NCBI RefSeq assembly: GCF_000142905.1
Contig: NW_013657654.1
Span: forward strand, 248,001-312,000
Source: Thecamonas trahens ATCC 50062
Taxonomy: Eukaryota > Protista > Apusomonadida
Length of the DNA stretch: 64,000 bases
Direction of reading: 5' to 3'
The notes under the pieces were generated by a model. It had not been told where the DNA came from, ran no database searches, and worked only from the letters and a program-made list of their open reading frames with translations. How positions within the stretch are numbered: position 1 is the stretch's first letter; every line of letters begins with the position of its first letter. This document shows, piece by piece, positions 45,491-57,162 of this stretch. Made by a program: the position numbers and the translations under genes.

Positions 45491-47635
45491 TCAGTCGTTC
45501 TTTGATGAAAACGCAGTCGGAGCTGCATCGCTGGGCGTCGGCTCGTCAAGGTTGTCAAAGAGAGCAAACGGATCACGAGATGAGGAGGTCGAGGGAGGCG
45601 CCGGCGAAGGGGCGGCCGTGGCCGAGGAGAGGAGCTCGAGAGCAAGAACTACGTCCTTGACCGCGCGGTTGAGCCAGAGCATCTCATGCTGAATGAGCGA
45701 GTCGAGCTTGTCGCTCATGGCTTCGGCGATGGCGTCGCCCTTCTCTTTGCCCTCGGCCTGCAGCTCGTCGAGGCTGTATCCATTGAGAGTAAACGCGTAC
45801 TGCCGCTCTGCGAGCGGGACGTGGGCCTGGTGCTCCCGGATCGAGCCGGCAATCCAGCCCGCAACCTCACGCATGAGTGTCTGCAGCGGCACCACAAGCC
45901 CGTCGACCAGTTCCGGATGCGGCGCCGTGAGCGCACTGACCACCACCGGAGACCGCAGCACCTTGCCGAGCATGCCCAGCGTCCGTCGCACCTCGCCTGT
46001 TGCGCCGAGATCCACAACCTGCCCGACCCGCATGTAGCCGACCTGGGTATGTGCGGCTGCGAGCGCAGCCGCAGCGTGCTTGTCCGGCGCAAGCAGCGCC
46101 CGACCGGTGGCCACACCCAGCGCATAATGGGGGACTGCGGCTTCCAGCCGCGCATAGACCTCGTCCGGCAGCGCAGCCGACGCGAGCAACCGCTGATGAA
46201 AGCCCGGCGTCCGCAGAGCAAGGCCCAGCATCAGTCGCCGCAGCCCGCTCGCGCACGCCTCGTGCCCGCAGCTGGCCATCAGCTGCTCGCATGCCACTAG
46301 CATCCCATACGCCGCCACCTCGTCGACGTCCAGATCGTCAGTCAGAACCTCCAGCACCGTGCAAACTTCGGGCAGCTGTGTCGCTTCCGCACGTTCGGCC
46401 GCAATGTCGCACAGTAGCGTCGCCGCCGCTGGAAGCACCGCATCGGCCACCGCACACACTGCAGACGGCCCTGATCGACTAGGCGCACTCGCCACACTTG
46501 CCATCACGCTCATCAGAGCCTTGACCCGGCTTGGGCATCGCCCGCTGGATCCAAGAAGCTTTTCAACTAGGCTTGCCAGCGCCGACCTGACCTCCAGTGT
46601 GACGACATGCGGCGACGCCACGAGCTCCGCCAGCACCAGGTCGCGGACTAGCCACACACACGCCTCGACCAGCGGCTCCAGGCAGGCATCAGCTCCGTTG
46701 AGCGGGTGGTCCATTGCAAGCCCCATCAACGCGATCACTCGGCCAGCCTCTATCTCAGTTCCGATCGCATTCGACTGCAGGAGCGCGGCCCAGCGGACCA
46801 GCTTGGCCGCCACCGCCCCGCACTCACCACCAGCCGGATGCGCTTCGTCGTCCAGCGGGAGACTATGCGCAGCGTTCGCGCCCCATCCAAGACCGGAGCT
46901 TGACCCGGACTCGAGCGGCAGCATCGGTGAGTCCGATCCGTCTGACAATGCCGCTGGCTCTTCACTGGCATCGCCAGCAGTGTCGGGCGCGCCGTCGGCT
47001 CCGGAGCCAGGTGTCGCCTCCGGATCAAAGCCACCAACAGCTGCAGTTTCGCCGGCATCTGCGGCCGCCACCGGAGCCAGTCGCAGAAACAGGGCATCAA
47101 TAGCGTCTGCAGCTGCAGTCGCCTCCATCTGTGCCGAGTGCGCCAGCGGGAGGGTCAGCAGCGTCAGGCCCATCTCCGCCGCCAGCACCTTGAGCGCCTT
47201 TGGAGGCTCAGGCACGGCTGTGGGCCCATCACCTGGTTGCGATCCATCATCGACAAGATGGATCTGACTCTCATCATCCACACCACCCTCGCTAGCACCA
47301 GTTGCCGTGCCACTGCCGTCGTTGGAGGCAGCATCGACATCTCCAGCGTGGTGCGGGTGATCAGGCATGGGCGCAAGAGCTGCTAGGATGCCACGGAGCA
47401 GTGCATCCGAAGGAGCCCAAGGAGCAGCAATCAGATCGTTCATGGAAGCCATGTTCCGAAGATAAGCACTTGCTGCCTTCAGATCATCATCCCGCAGCTG
47501 AGGATAGTCATAGCACAGGTCATGGAAGACGGCACTCGGTGAGGGACCGACCGCCTCGGCAGCCTCTACCGCCGCGGTGATCTCTGCTGACGCCGCAAGG
47601 AGCTGGGCTCGGAACTCTTCCCGCGTGCATGACAT
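45491..47635 (-). CDS. Hypothetical helical (ARM-like) protein, about 714 aa
   Basis: Long uninterrupted Ala/Leu-rich ORF from ATG 47635; no family recognised. Confidence 0.65.
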   Translation of the reverse strand: MSCTREEFRAQLLAASAEITAAVEAAEAVGPSPSAVFHDLCYDYPQLRDDDLKAASAYLRNMASMNDLIAAPWAPSDALLRGILAALAPMPDHPHHAGDVDAASNDGSGTATGASEGGVDDESQIHLVDDGSQPGDGPTAVPEPPKALKVLAAEMGLTLLTLPLAHSAQMEATAAADAIDALFLRLAPVAAADAGETAAVGGFDPEATPGSGADGAPDTAGDASEEPAALSDGSDSPMLPLESGSSSGLGWGANAAHSLPLDDEAHPAGGECGAVAAKLVRWAALLQSNAIGTEIEAGRVIALMGLAMDHPLNGADACLEPLVEACVWLVRDLVLAELVASPHVVTLEVRSALASLVEKLLGSSGRCPSRVKALMSVMASVASAPSRSGPSAVCAVADAVLPAAATLLCDIAAERAEATQLPEVCTVLEVLTDDLDVDEVAAYGMLVACEQLMASCGHEACASGLRRLMLGLALRTPGFHQRLLASAALPDEVYARLEAAVPHYALGVATGRALLAPDKHAAAALAAAHTQVGYMRVGQVVDLGATGEVRRTLGMLGKVLRSPVVVSALTAPHPELVDGLVVPLQTLMREVAGWIAGSIREHQAHVPLAERQYAFTLNGYSLDELQAEGKEKGDAIAEAMSDKLDSLIQHEMLWLNRAVKDVVLALELLSSATAAPSPAPPSTSSSRDPFALFDNLDEPTPSDAAPTAFSSKND

Positions 47636-47900
47636 GCTTCGCTTGGCTACGGGTGGTGGGTGGTGGGTGGTGGTGGTGTGTCCGTCGTTGGTGGTGGTGG
47701 GTGGCGGTGCCGGTGTGGTGGCGGTCGAAGTGAGGGATGTCTCTCGGGTTTGCTGGACCGAGTTGCGCCGCAGCGCGCATCCTGGCCTGTGACGAAGGAG
47801 AGGGCTGCCAGGATTACGGATCAGATGGATAGCAGGACGCGGTGGATAGAGTAAGAATGTTTTAGATGGCTCGGGCGGGTGAGAGCGCTGTCGCAGGTGG

Positions 47901-50710
47901 TCAGACGAGGACCATGGAGCCCAGGCCGTGGAGAAGGATGACAGGGGGAAGGCCGGACGAGAGGGTGTCGAGGTCGGCGATGTAGTTCTCGATGGGGCCG
48001 GGAGGGGGAGAGAGGCTCGGCTCGGGAAGCGATGCCGGAGGGAGTGGGAGAGTGGTAAAGACCATGCAGGCTTGGGCCGAGTGCTGGCGGAACATGGCGT
48101 TGAGGGCGGCAAAGCGAGCGCTGCCCTGACCGTGGATGGAGGCGACGACAACGTTGATGGAGGCCTTGATGCGGGCCTGGTGCAGGATGGCCCGGACGCG
48201 CGCGGTCTCGGGCTCGATGTCTACGGCGGAAGCGACAAAGGTTAGGACGCGAATGGTGGTAAACTTGGTCCAGATGTCGGTCTTGTTGAGCATGTGGGCG
48301 TAGAGAAGCATGAGCGTGAGGGTGTGGACAAAGTCGCCCTCCATGCCTGTTACCGAGACTGGCCACACATCGATGGTCATGACCTTCTTGCGGCGGAACG
48401 GCATGCCTGAGCTGGCGCGGGCTTTGGAGGCGATGAGGTCCTTGTCGAGCGCGTCAAAGTTGCGCGCGACCATGATGTTTTTGCCCATGAACGACGCCGA
48501 GTTGAGGATGGTAACCCACTCGCGCGGCTCGATCCGGCTCGAGCTCGTGTCGTCGACAAAGTTGTCTTCTACTGCGTTGACGTACTTGACGCGGTATTGC
48601 GAGACAGTGCGCTCGCCGAGGCCACCGCCGGCCTCGTCGACCTCGTCGGTCGAATCGCCGCCGTTGTTGATGCTTGCCCGAGCCGGCATAAAGTGGCTCG
48701 AGCTCGACGTGCCCAGGATGGGCGCCGGCGGCGTCGGTCGCGGGCGCAACGCTGTCAGCGCTCCCGGGGCATAGCTCGAGTACTCGGGAAAGCCGACAAT
48801 GACGGTGTTGGGCTTCATGGCACCGAGACCGGCCATCTCGATCAGGTTTTGGGCGCCAGCCGAGATGGACGGGGCGATGACAAGCTCGGAAAATGCCTTG
48901 AGGCGGGTGTCCTTGATGAACGCGTTCCACGCAGCCTCGTCGCGCTTGAACCGGTCGCCCTGCGAGTACAGGTCGCCGACGAGGACCGAGCCGATGAGAA
49001 ACATGCCGCCCTTTTTGAGGTTGTTGGCGGTGTCGATGAGCGAGACGTTGGCGCGCGCCGATCCAACGAGCAGCAGGATCTGCGGACGCCAGTACTTGAC
49101 GTGGTCCTTCCGCACATCGAGGCGCAGCATGTACTTTCGGACCTGATGAAAGTAAATGGCCTGCGAGAGGTCGCCCCACGAGGTGCGCGGCGACTGCAGA
49201 TGGATGTAGACAAAGAAGACAACAAGGCAGACAAACGAGACGGTGGCGGTGATCCATCCCACATAGAACATGGTGAAGAAGCAGAGGATGGCGCCTGCGA
49301 GCGAGGTCCACTGGTTGGAGTAGCGAAAGGTTGGCCGCCAGTTGGGCGTGCCGGAGATCTTGAGCGAGAAGCAGGCAAAGTTGACGACGCAGTACGAGGT
49401 GAGGAAGAACATGGTGGTGACGGTGGCGAGCAGGTTGAGGTTGCCAAGAATGAGCAGGATCTGGACGATAGCCCAGGAGAGCACTACGCCTAGCCGCGGC
49501 TCGTCGGTCTTACCGTAGCCGCGGCCAAATACATTGAGGAATGGAATGAGCTTGTCCTTGGCGAGTGCCTGCAGGACACGCGACGAGCCGATGAGGTTCC
49601 CGAGCGCCGACGAGACAGTCGAGCACACGATACCGATCGTCACGATCCACCATGCAAAGCACACGTTCTGCAGAATAAAGTAGTTGTTGAGCAGTGCCTC
49701 CGACTGCACAGTGTACGCGAGAGCAAAGGTGAGGATGAGATAGATGACAAGTGTGATGCCGAGCGCAAGCAGCGTGCCGCGCGGAATCGACGACGAAGGC
49801 GTACGCAGATCGCCGGACAGGTTGGCGCCGGCCATGATGCCGGTCGAGGCAGGGAAGAAAATGCCAAAGACCGTCTGGATGGTCTGCGGCTCGACGCCGA
49901 CCGGCAGCCGCTTGAGCTTGGGATACAAGTTGTGCGAGAGCGTCTCGCTCGACCACGAGGTGAACCCGATGCCCACGTTCTTGGGCGCAAAGAGGACCGA
50001 GCCCATGGCTGAAGCAATCGAGACCATCAGCACGGCAAAGATGACGAGCGAGGTCTTGGCGTACGCTGACGCGCCGACCAGGCAAACAATGGTGACCAGG
50101 AGGAGCATGGCGGACGAGTACAGGATGCCGTACCACTTGGAGGTTGGGATCCACTGTTCGAAGCCGGCCATGAACGCCTCGGAAAATCCGACCAGGTACA
50201 ACGCGCAGCCGACAACGTTGGCCAGATAGAAGATGACCCCGATGGAGCCGCCAAACTCGGGACCAAGCGCCCGCGAGATCATAAAGTACGCTCCGCCGCC
50301 CTCGATCTGCCCGTTGGAGGCGATGGCGGACATGGAGAGCGTCGTCAGCGTGACAACAAGAAAAGCAAAGATAATGACGCCAAACATGGCAAACAGCCCG
50401 GCCTGTCCAGTGCACCATGGCAAGCGTTCAAAGAGAATGACCTGCGAGCGTGATCGAGGTGAGTGTGGAGGATGCGACGACTGGAAAAAGAAGAGAGGCT
50501 CCCCCTGAAAACCCCCCTTTTGAACGGAGTGGCATGCGCTCTGACATGACAGGGAGCGACACGTACGCCGAAAATGGAGAGGACACAAGGGACGAAGACA
50601 CCCGAGAAGGTGCTCAGCTTGGAATGAGCAGCGGCAGAGTCTTGTCCATCTTCAATGGTCTCGTCTGCTTGCGCATATGTCGCCAGGAGCGGCTCAAACT
50701 GGTCCGCCAT
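47901..50710 (-). CDS. SLC12A9: Cation-chloride cotransporter family member, SLC12A9-like; exons 50710-50567 and 50441-47901
   Basis: KLSTFSGVFVPCVLSIFG / phase-0 intron GTACGT...CAG / VILFERL; GGAYFMISRALGPEFGGSIG, GTPNWRPTF, FHQVRKYMLRLDVRKDHVKYWRPQILL and GLGAMKPNT. Confidence 0.9.
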
Positions 50711-50783
50711 GGCGGGGCGAGTGGAGTGGCAGGCGTTGCCTGTCACACCGCCTCTCACACATGGCGCTGATCAGAAGAGTTGG

Positions 50784-51266
50784 CTACACGTCAGCGGCGG
50801 TCCGCTGGTAGACGACATCAGGAGTGACAAGGGCGTTGCGATGGGAGACAGCCGATCGCGGAGGGGTGAAGCCTGCGGCAGCTGAGGCCTGGATGACACG
50901 CTTGCGCTCGCTGGCGCGATTGCCTTGTGAGCGACCGAACGGATCGACGCTGACCTCGGTGGACGAAGAGAAAGGATCGTGCGTGACCGAGACCGGGCGC
51001 CGGACACCGGTGCTTCCGGGGCCAGAGTTGATTGAGCCGCCGCCGGAAACCGCGGGCGCTGTCGCGTGGTAGAAGGCTGGCTCTGACATGGTCGCCGGCC
51101 CCGATGATGAGAGCAGAGCCTGGAACGAGCGCTTCTTGGATCGTCGGCGGAAGAATGCGCCCAAACAGTAAACAGAAATGAGCAGCAGAGCCAGAACACC
51201 CAGCCCCGATGCAACCCAAGCCCACAGTGGCAAGCCAGCGTAGACCTCTTCTCCGTGCGATGCCAT
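50784..51266 (-). CDS. Small single-pass membrane protein (hypothetical)
   Basis: GLPLWAWVASGLGVLALLLISVYCLGAFF followed by the basic stop-transfer RRRSKKR. Confidence 0.6.
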   Translation of the reverse strand: MASHGEEVYAGLPLWAWVASGLGVLALLLISVYCLGAFFRRRSKKRSFQALLSSSGPATMSEPAFYHATAPAVSGGGSINSGPGSTGVRRPVSVTHDPFSSSTEVSVDPFGRSQGNRASERKRVIQASAAAGFTPPRSAVSHRNALVTPDVVYQRTAADV

Positions 51267-51590
51267 AATCACTCGATGTCTATTCTGGTGTCTTGAGGTG
51301 ATGGAAGGCAGAGGCAGAGGCAGATGCAGATGCAGGAGTAGATGAAGAGGTAGCGTCAGCCAGAGATCGAGACGGAGGCGGAGAGAGAGAGAGAGAGAGG
51401 TGTGTGTGTGTGTGGCAACTTTCCCTGATCGCCGATGATGTAGACAGTCTCTGCTCTGCCTGCTCCAGTCTGCTACGAAACCGAGCCACAGCTCCTATCA
51501 AGTCTGACCTTTGATCGGTATAGACTCCCTTTCCAGATGTGTGCGATATGTACCGAGGGCGAGTGTGTGAGCCAGTACTTCCTTCCCCGC

Positions 51591-51627
51591 CGTGTGTGTG
51601 TATGTATGTATGTATGTATGTATGTGT

Positions 51628-51680
<53 letters not shown>
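51591..51680. repeat. (TATG)n/(TG)n microsatellite
   Basis: Directly visible. Confidence 0.9.
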
Positions 51681-51683
<3 letters not shown>

Positions 51684-52164
51684 CGCACTCGGTTCGTGTG
51701 CGGGTGTGTGGGCCTGAATGTACGGCTGTAGTGCGTACGGCGTATGGTGTATAGTGTGGTGTGTGTGTGTGTGGGGGGGGATTGTGGCAGTCAGTGATGT
51801 GTGTTTGCTTATGTGGGTGTACGTGTGGGTGTGGGTGTGGGTATCTTTGTCCTTGTAGTGGTCGTGCCGTCGTCGCCGTCGTTGCTCCTGTTCGCCTCTG
51901 GTCGTGCAACTCGGTGTGTGACCTCTCCGACATCGCATGACTGACATGAAATCCCACCCTCCCCCCCCCCCCCCCCCGCCCTGCCTGCCTGGTTGCCGTC
52001 CGATCCGTCGCGGTGGCCGACCCCCTCCTCCCGCCCCCCCCCCTCCCCCCCCTCCCCCCTGTTGAACACGCTGTCCTCGTCCCGTGCTCTCTATGGCTAC
52101 AGCCGACTGTATTTGAACAAGACATAGTTGTAGCAGTGTCCATAGCTGGCGACAGACGGCAAAC

Positions 52165-52635
52165 ATGTCGACCAAGGACGTGCTTGATGGGCTTGGGAGT
52201 GGAGGCAAGGGTGAGGCGTTTCCGCGGAGGAAGGCCATGCGGCGACTGCAGAGCTCGTACAATGATGAGGTGAACAAGCTGCTGAGCGAGATGGCGAGCA
52301 ACTATCAGTCGCTACTGGAGGCTGCTGCACTGCCTGGTGACTCGACTGCTCGGGCACATGATGCAGAAACCTTTCACATCTCGGCTGCGCTTCGCGTCAA
52401 GACACACACGGAGGCTCTCGTCCGTGCAGGCCGGGAGCTCCTGCTTCTCATCGCTGCCCTCAAGAGAGATCGCTGCCTTGCCCAGTCCGCCGCCATGAAT
52501 GCTGCTGTTGATGCTGCTCGTTCGTCAGCTGCTAACGCTACCCAAGATGCCTCGGACTCGTTGGATGAGCTGGCTTCGCGTGTCGATGAGCTCCTTGCTT
52601 CGCTCGAGACCGAGTACTACGTCTCGATGGAGTAG
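52165..52635 (+). CDS. MED22: Mediator subunit 22
   Basis: MASNYQSLLEAA...VKTHTEALVRAGRELLLLIAALK...LETEYY matches the Med22/Surf5 pattern. Confidence 0.85.
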   Translation: MSTKDVLDGLGSGGKGEAFPRRKAMRRLQSSYNDEVNKLLSEMASNYQSLLEAAALPGDSTARAHDAETFHISAALRVKTHTEALVRAGRELLLLIAALKRDRCLAQSAAMNAAVDAARSSAANATQDASDSLDELASRVDELLASLETEYYVSME

Positions 52636-53360
52636 CCCCGCTCCTCCCCCTCCCCCCCCCCCCACCTCCCCATGATCACAATGGCATGCCCACCCTCTGG
52701 GCGATTGCTGATGGCGGCACTGAACCGCGAGCGGATGTCGTGTGTGGTCGTCGTGCGGGAGTTTGGCGCAAACAACATAGAGCAAGTGATCGTGCGGGAC
52801 GAATGCGTTGATGATGGGTATACATGGTAGATGCGAGTATGAGAAAGGATGCGTGTCTGTGTTGCATGGGGAGGCAAGGATGATGAGGCAGAGAAGGTGT
52901 GTAGCAATGATATTGGTATCGATTGATAGTGTGCGAGAGCAGGCAAAAAGGGCGCCAATGGGAAGACAATGACGGGTGGCGAGGACAATGACGACACAGG
53001 CAACAAGAGCCACCACCGAACACCCCTGCTACCACCACCCAGTATCACACCTCACCACCCACACTCACTCCCCCCCTCCCCCCACCCTCCCACATATATA
53101 CACCACACACACACACACATACACACACCACACATATACATAGACACATCTTCTTCCCTCCCCCCCCCCCACCTCCACCTCCACCTCGCCTATCCGTAGC
53201 TGATCACACCGGTTGGCGCCAAACGGGCAACAAGCAGGAGACGGAGACAGTAGAGACTAGGTAGAGGCTGGAAAGAGCGACAAGTCGAAAGTGGACACAG
53301 TCGGAGAACAGGTGGTGGCAGAGCTGGTCGCAAAGGCATCCATCCTGTTGAAAACTAGCC

Positions 53361-53478
53361 GTATCGATCTCGACCAATCGCATCAATCTCGACCAACCGC
53401 ATCGATTTCGTTGAGAGCCAACCGCATCGACAAACCATATCGACATCGCTGAGTTCAACATCATCGACATCAATCTCA
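53361..53478. repeat. Degenerate short repeats (ATC[GA]ATCTCGACCAA[TC]CGC / ATCGAC) directly upstream of NNF1
   Basis: Two 19-bp copies followed by decaying copies. Confidence 0.6.
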
Positions 53479-53491
53479 GTCATTGGCAAAG

Positions 53492-54115
53492 ATGTCGGGC
53501 AAAGGTCGGGCAGAACAGCTTCAGGATGCGCTGACTTTTGCTCTGGCGCAGGCGTTTAGCAAGCTGACGGCGGAGGAGTTTGTGGCCAAGTTCCCGAGAG
53601 CGCTCAAGAGTAGTTCATCGACAGTTCGCTTTCTCTCCCACTTGCATGACTCGGTCCATCCGCTCGTTGCCGCCAACTGCCAGGCCGAGTTGCGGGTGAT
53701 TCTGAAGGAGATGAAGCTGGAGGACAAGCTTGCAGAGCTGGACGACTACGCTGAAATGCCGCACAAGAGCGAGGTTGCTTCCGTCGAGTGGCAGGAGCAA
53801 GAGACCTCGCTAGCTCCGCACGAGATGGCCAGGCTCCGCCGCATCCAGGCCAAACTCCGCGAGCTCGCTGAACTGGATCGCGTCATCAGCGAGGAGTCGC
53901 GAGCCGCAGACGAGCTGGAGGTCGACCTCGCTCATGCCAAGGAGACCATGGCCAAATTGGAGCAGGCCATCGAGTCGTCCCAGGCCTTTGTCGACGACCT
54001 GGCAGCCTCAGTGGCCTCACTCGCCTCAACCAACGAGATTGCGCTCTCGATCATGGCCGACATGGAAGTCATTCCCTCGCCGCCCGCCTCTTCGCGGGCC
54101 ACCACCAGTGCATGA
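53492..54115 (+). CDS. NNF1: Nnf1/PMF1-like kinetochore MIS12-complex subunit
   Basis: RAEQLQDAL..AL...LTAEEFVAKFP...NCQAELRVILKEMKLEDKLAELD followed by a coiled coil. Confidence 0.75.
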   Translation: MSGKGRAEQLQDALTFALAQAFSKLTAEEFVAKFPRALKSSSSTVRFLSHLHDSVHPLVAANCQAELRVILKEMKLEDKLAELDDYAEMPHKSEVASVEWQEQETSLAPHEMARLRRIQAKLRELAELDRVISEESRAADELEVDLAHAKETMAKLEQAIESSQAFVDDLAASVASLASTNEIALSIMADMEVIPSPPASSRATTSA

Positions 54116-54340
54116 CCCCCTCCTCCCTCCCCCCCCCTCCCCATCCTATAAACTGTATCTCTAGGACCCATCCAAGCGTCTGTGCGTCTGGCCTGGTTGT
54201 CTCTCCGCAGCAAGCGGTCGGCGAGCCAAGCGAGTGAGCGCGCCAGGCAGCGGCAGCAGCAACAGGAGGAGAGACCACGACCAGTCACGACGACGACGAC
54301 GACCACCACCACCACTCGACGACAAGTAGAGAGCAAGGAG

Positions 54341-55657
54341 ATGCTGCAGCGAGTGCCTCATGCTATGGCACAGGCGGAGGCCCAGGACGTTCGTCTGGAA
54401 GAGCGGCGCGCGGCCGAGGTGGCTGCTCATAAGCGGTTCTTCTGGAAGCAATCTGCTGCCGAGACGCTGGAGGCTCAGCAAGCGGCTCTGGAGGCACAGC
54501 AGGAAGCGGCGGCTAATATGGGAGTGGCGGTGGATAGGCGGAGGGAGACTGGCGCTGGAATGGGGAGAGATCAAGGCCGGCACAGTGGTGATGATGGCTG
54601 GGATGGACAAGATGGGCATGAGCTCTCTGGTGATGACGGCTGGCGCGAGAGTGAGTCTGGAGATGGAGATGGCCCACAGGATGGGCTTGCCCATGAGCTG
54701 TATGGTCGCCGTCGGCCTTCAGATGGCTACCCTGGTGTTGGTGCTGCGGGCTCGGCTGGAGGCTACGGCAGCCGGAGTGGTGGTCCTCACGGCGGGCAGC
54801 AGCATGTGGCACCCAACGCGGCAGAGATGCGGGCGGCTAGGGCTCGGGCAAAACTTCGCGCTGAGAAGGAAGCTGCGGCCGAGGCCGAGGCCGAGGCCGA
54901 GCGTGTGCGTGCGGCCAAGGCCGAGAAGGTTGCACGGGCTGTCAAGGCGCAAGAGGCCGCCCGCAAGCGGATGCGGCTGTCGCAAGTGCTGGACGAGGCC
55001 GAGGAAGCCGGGGCGCTATCGTACGGCACCGCTGGCGATGACTTGGAGCCGGGCGCCCAGGCCGAAGCTGAGCTGGCGGCACAGCGCTCGTCGCAGGCGC
55101 GGGTAGCAGCCATTGCGCAGCGGGCATCGCCGCCGCCAGGCCCGCGGCGGGCTATCAGCTCGCCAGCCGCGCTGCAGCAGCTGCGCGTCCCGGTTCCCTT
55201 CCCGCACGAGCTGCTCGAGGGCACTGTGCTCTACAAGCACACCAAGGATGGCAAGGGCAAGCTGCATTCGCGGGTCTTTGTTCTCTCGCCCACCGAGCAC
55301 CACACCATCGAGATTGCGTGGTACAAGGAGGACGCGCCCGATCACTCGGCCGCCACCCTGCACCGGATCTCGTTCGGCCTTGCGCCGCGGTTCTCATGGG
55401 AAAAGGCCAAGGAGGTGACCCGGACCAAGCTCTCGGCGCTTCCGATCGACTGGCGCAAGCTCTCGCTCGTCCTTCACACTTCGGTCGGCGAAGTCTACGT
55501 CGTTGCGCCACGGCTCGAGGTCTTCTCGGCCTGGGCCGCGCTCTCGCTCGTCCTTCACACTTCGGTCGGCGAAGTCTACGTCGTTGCGCCACGGCTCGAG
55601 GTCTTCTCGGCCTGGGCCGCGCTCTCGCGGCAAAACCCCGCGCTCGACGACAGTTGA
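54341..55657 (+). CDS. Coiled-coil protein with C-terminal PH-like domain carrying an exact 27-aa duplication
   Basis: LLEGTVLYKHTKDGKGKLHSRVFVLS...IAWYK...LSLVLHTSVGEVYVVA...FSAW; the start may lie further upstream. Confidence 0.65.
   Translation: MLQRVPHAMAQAEAQDVRLEERRAAEVAAHKRFFWKQSAAETLEAQQAALEAQQEAAANMGVAVDRRRETGAGMGRDQGRHSGDDGWDGQDGHELSGDDGWRESESGDGDGPQDGLAHELYGRRRPSDGYPGVGAAGSAGGYGSRSGGPHGGQQHVAPNAAEMRAARARAKLRAEKEAAAEAEAEAERVRAAKAEKVARAVKAQEAARKRMRLSQVLDEAEEAGALSYGTAGDDLEPGAQAEAELAAQRSSQARVAAIAQRASPPPGPRRAISSPAALQQLRVPVPFPHELLEGTVLYKHTKDGKGKLHSRVFVLSPTEHHTIEIAWYKEDAPDHSAATLHRISFGLAPRFSWEKAKEVTRTKLSALPIDWRKLSLVLHTSVGEVYVVAPRLEVFSAWAALSLVLHTSVGEVYVVAPRLEVFSAWAALSRQNPALDDS
55459..55628. 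repeat. Exact 81-bp tandem duplication bounded by GCTCTCGC microhomology
   Basis: 55459-55539 equals 55540-55620, and GCTCTCGC recurs at 55621. Confidence 0.95.
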
Positions 55658-55673
55658 GCGCTCTGCCACGCGC

Positions 55674-56700
55674 TCACGAGCGGAAGAAGACCGAGAGCCG
55701 CCGCCGCTCCGATGGCGACGCTGCGGTGGCCCGTTTGTATGCCCGCTTGTTGCCGTACGCCACCGTCGGGGCCCAGAACCGCTTGTATGACGACTTGAGC
55801 AGCGCGTAGCTGCCAGCCACCGACTTGCGATACTTGCGGCGCGCCTTGGTGTGCGCTCGCAGCTCGGCGCGGTACGCCTTGACCGCCTTGCGCGACGACT
55901 TGCGGGACGGACGCTTTGGCCGCTTCGGTGGGCGAGGCAGAGCCTTGGCGGCCTTGATCTGGGCGCCGAGAAAGGTGACCAGCTGCTCTTTGTAGCGTGC
56001 AAAGCCGCAGTGGCCAAGAGAAGCGAGGATGCGTGTGATGCGGCGGTAGTTGTGTGTGTGGGTGGTAAGGTTGATCATGCGCTCGCGATGCGCCGATCGC
56101 GACTTGAGCCGGGCAACCTCACCTGTTTCCTCGTCGACGAGCCGCCACCCGTAAAACGCCAGCATGCGCTTGTAGGCTTTGACAACCCAGGCTGAAGCCG
56201 ATGCCGAGCCTGCGATGAACTCGGCCTCGGCCTTGCGCAGCCGATGCGCATACGGATTAACCAGAGCCACTGGATGTAGCTGTGGTTGGCCTCAAGCTTT
56301 GCGTCCGACCACTTGTTCACAATCCGCCTTATTGTCGCAATCCGCCTTATTGTCGCCTTGTTTGGCCTTGCTGCAGCCTTATCCAGATGGAACGCCACAT
56401 TGGGCATCTCGAGATCGACGACGAGCCGCCGCAGCTCGACGACGACGACGACCACCGCGATGCCGAAGACGACAGCAATGATGAAGACGACAGCAATGAT
56501 GATGGAGATCCCGATGATGGTGGAGATGATGATAATGATGATGATGAGAATGATGATGAAGATGAGGATGACCTTGCTGCTCTTGATGCTGATGAAGTCG
56601 ATGCCGACCGCCCCCGCTTCCGATGCCGTCCCGACTTTGGTCTCAACCTGTTGCCACTGGCAGAGCCACTCGTGTCGTCAGCTGAAGACCACCGACCCAT
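55674..56700 (-). pseudogene. Opioid growth factor receptor (OGFr) domain gene, disrupted (real pseudogene or misassembly)
   Basis: PNVAFH...LEANHSYIQWL in one frame; VNPYAHRL...KAYKRMLAFYG...NLTTHTHNYRRITRILASLG in the next. The conserved FP-containing linker is missing, and there is an 18-nt duplication (ATIRRI x2). Confidence 0.75.
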
Positions 56701-57162
56701 ATCTGCAGCCTGCTTCCTCCAGCAAATCCACACACCCGCACTCGCACTCTCTTTACACACTCCTGCTACGTGTGTCAGGTGTGTCAGCTGTTGTCGCCAC
56801 ACGGGGTGGCAGTGCCAGCGCTCTGTCAGTCGTTCGTTCCTGCCGCATGTGCCGCAATTTGCCCCAGTTTTGGTCAGGTCGATGGCCTCAGGTGGGGAAA
56901 GCCCGTCGGGATGGCCAAGTGTGGCAGATGGCTTCGATCAGTAATATGCAGGGCTAGGTATGAGGTAGATGCTGGTACGGTGATGGTGGTAGTCGATGGA
57001 TGAGTGTAGTCTTCCGCGGAGGGTGGCTGTGGCTGGCCAACCTCCACCAATTTGGGTGTGGGAGCCAGTTTTGGTGATCTCCGTCACGACAGACAGCTGT
57101 CTCTCAGGTACAGCCAATAGCTCGCGTAGCATCGACATGATATTCACATCCACGTATTTAGG

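Noticed and set aside
56282-56957. Plus-strand Asp-rich and Met-rich ORFs
   Set aside because: GAT/GAC triplet repeat antisense to the Ser-rich N-terminus of the OGFr gene; no independent evidence.
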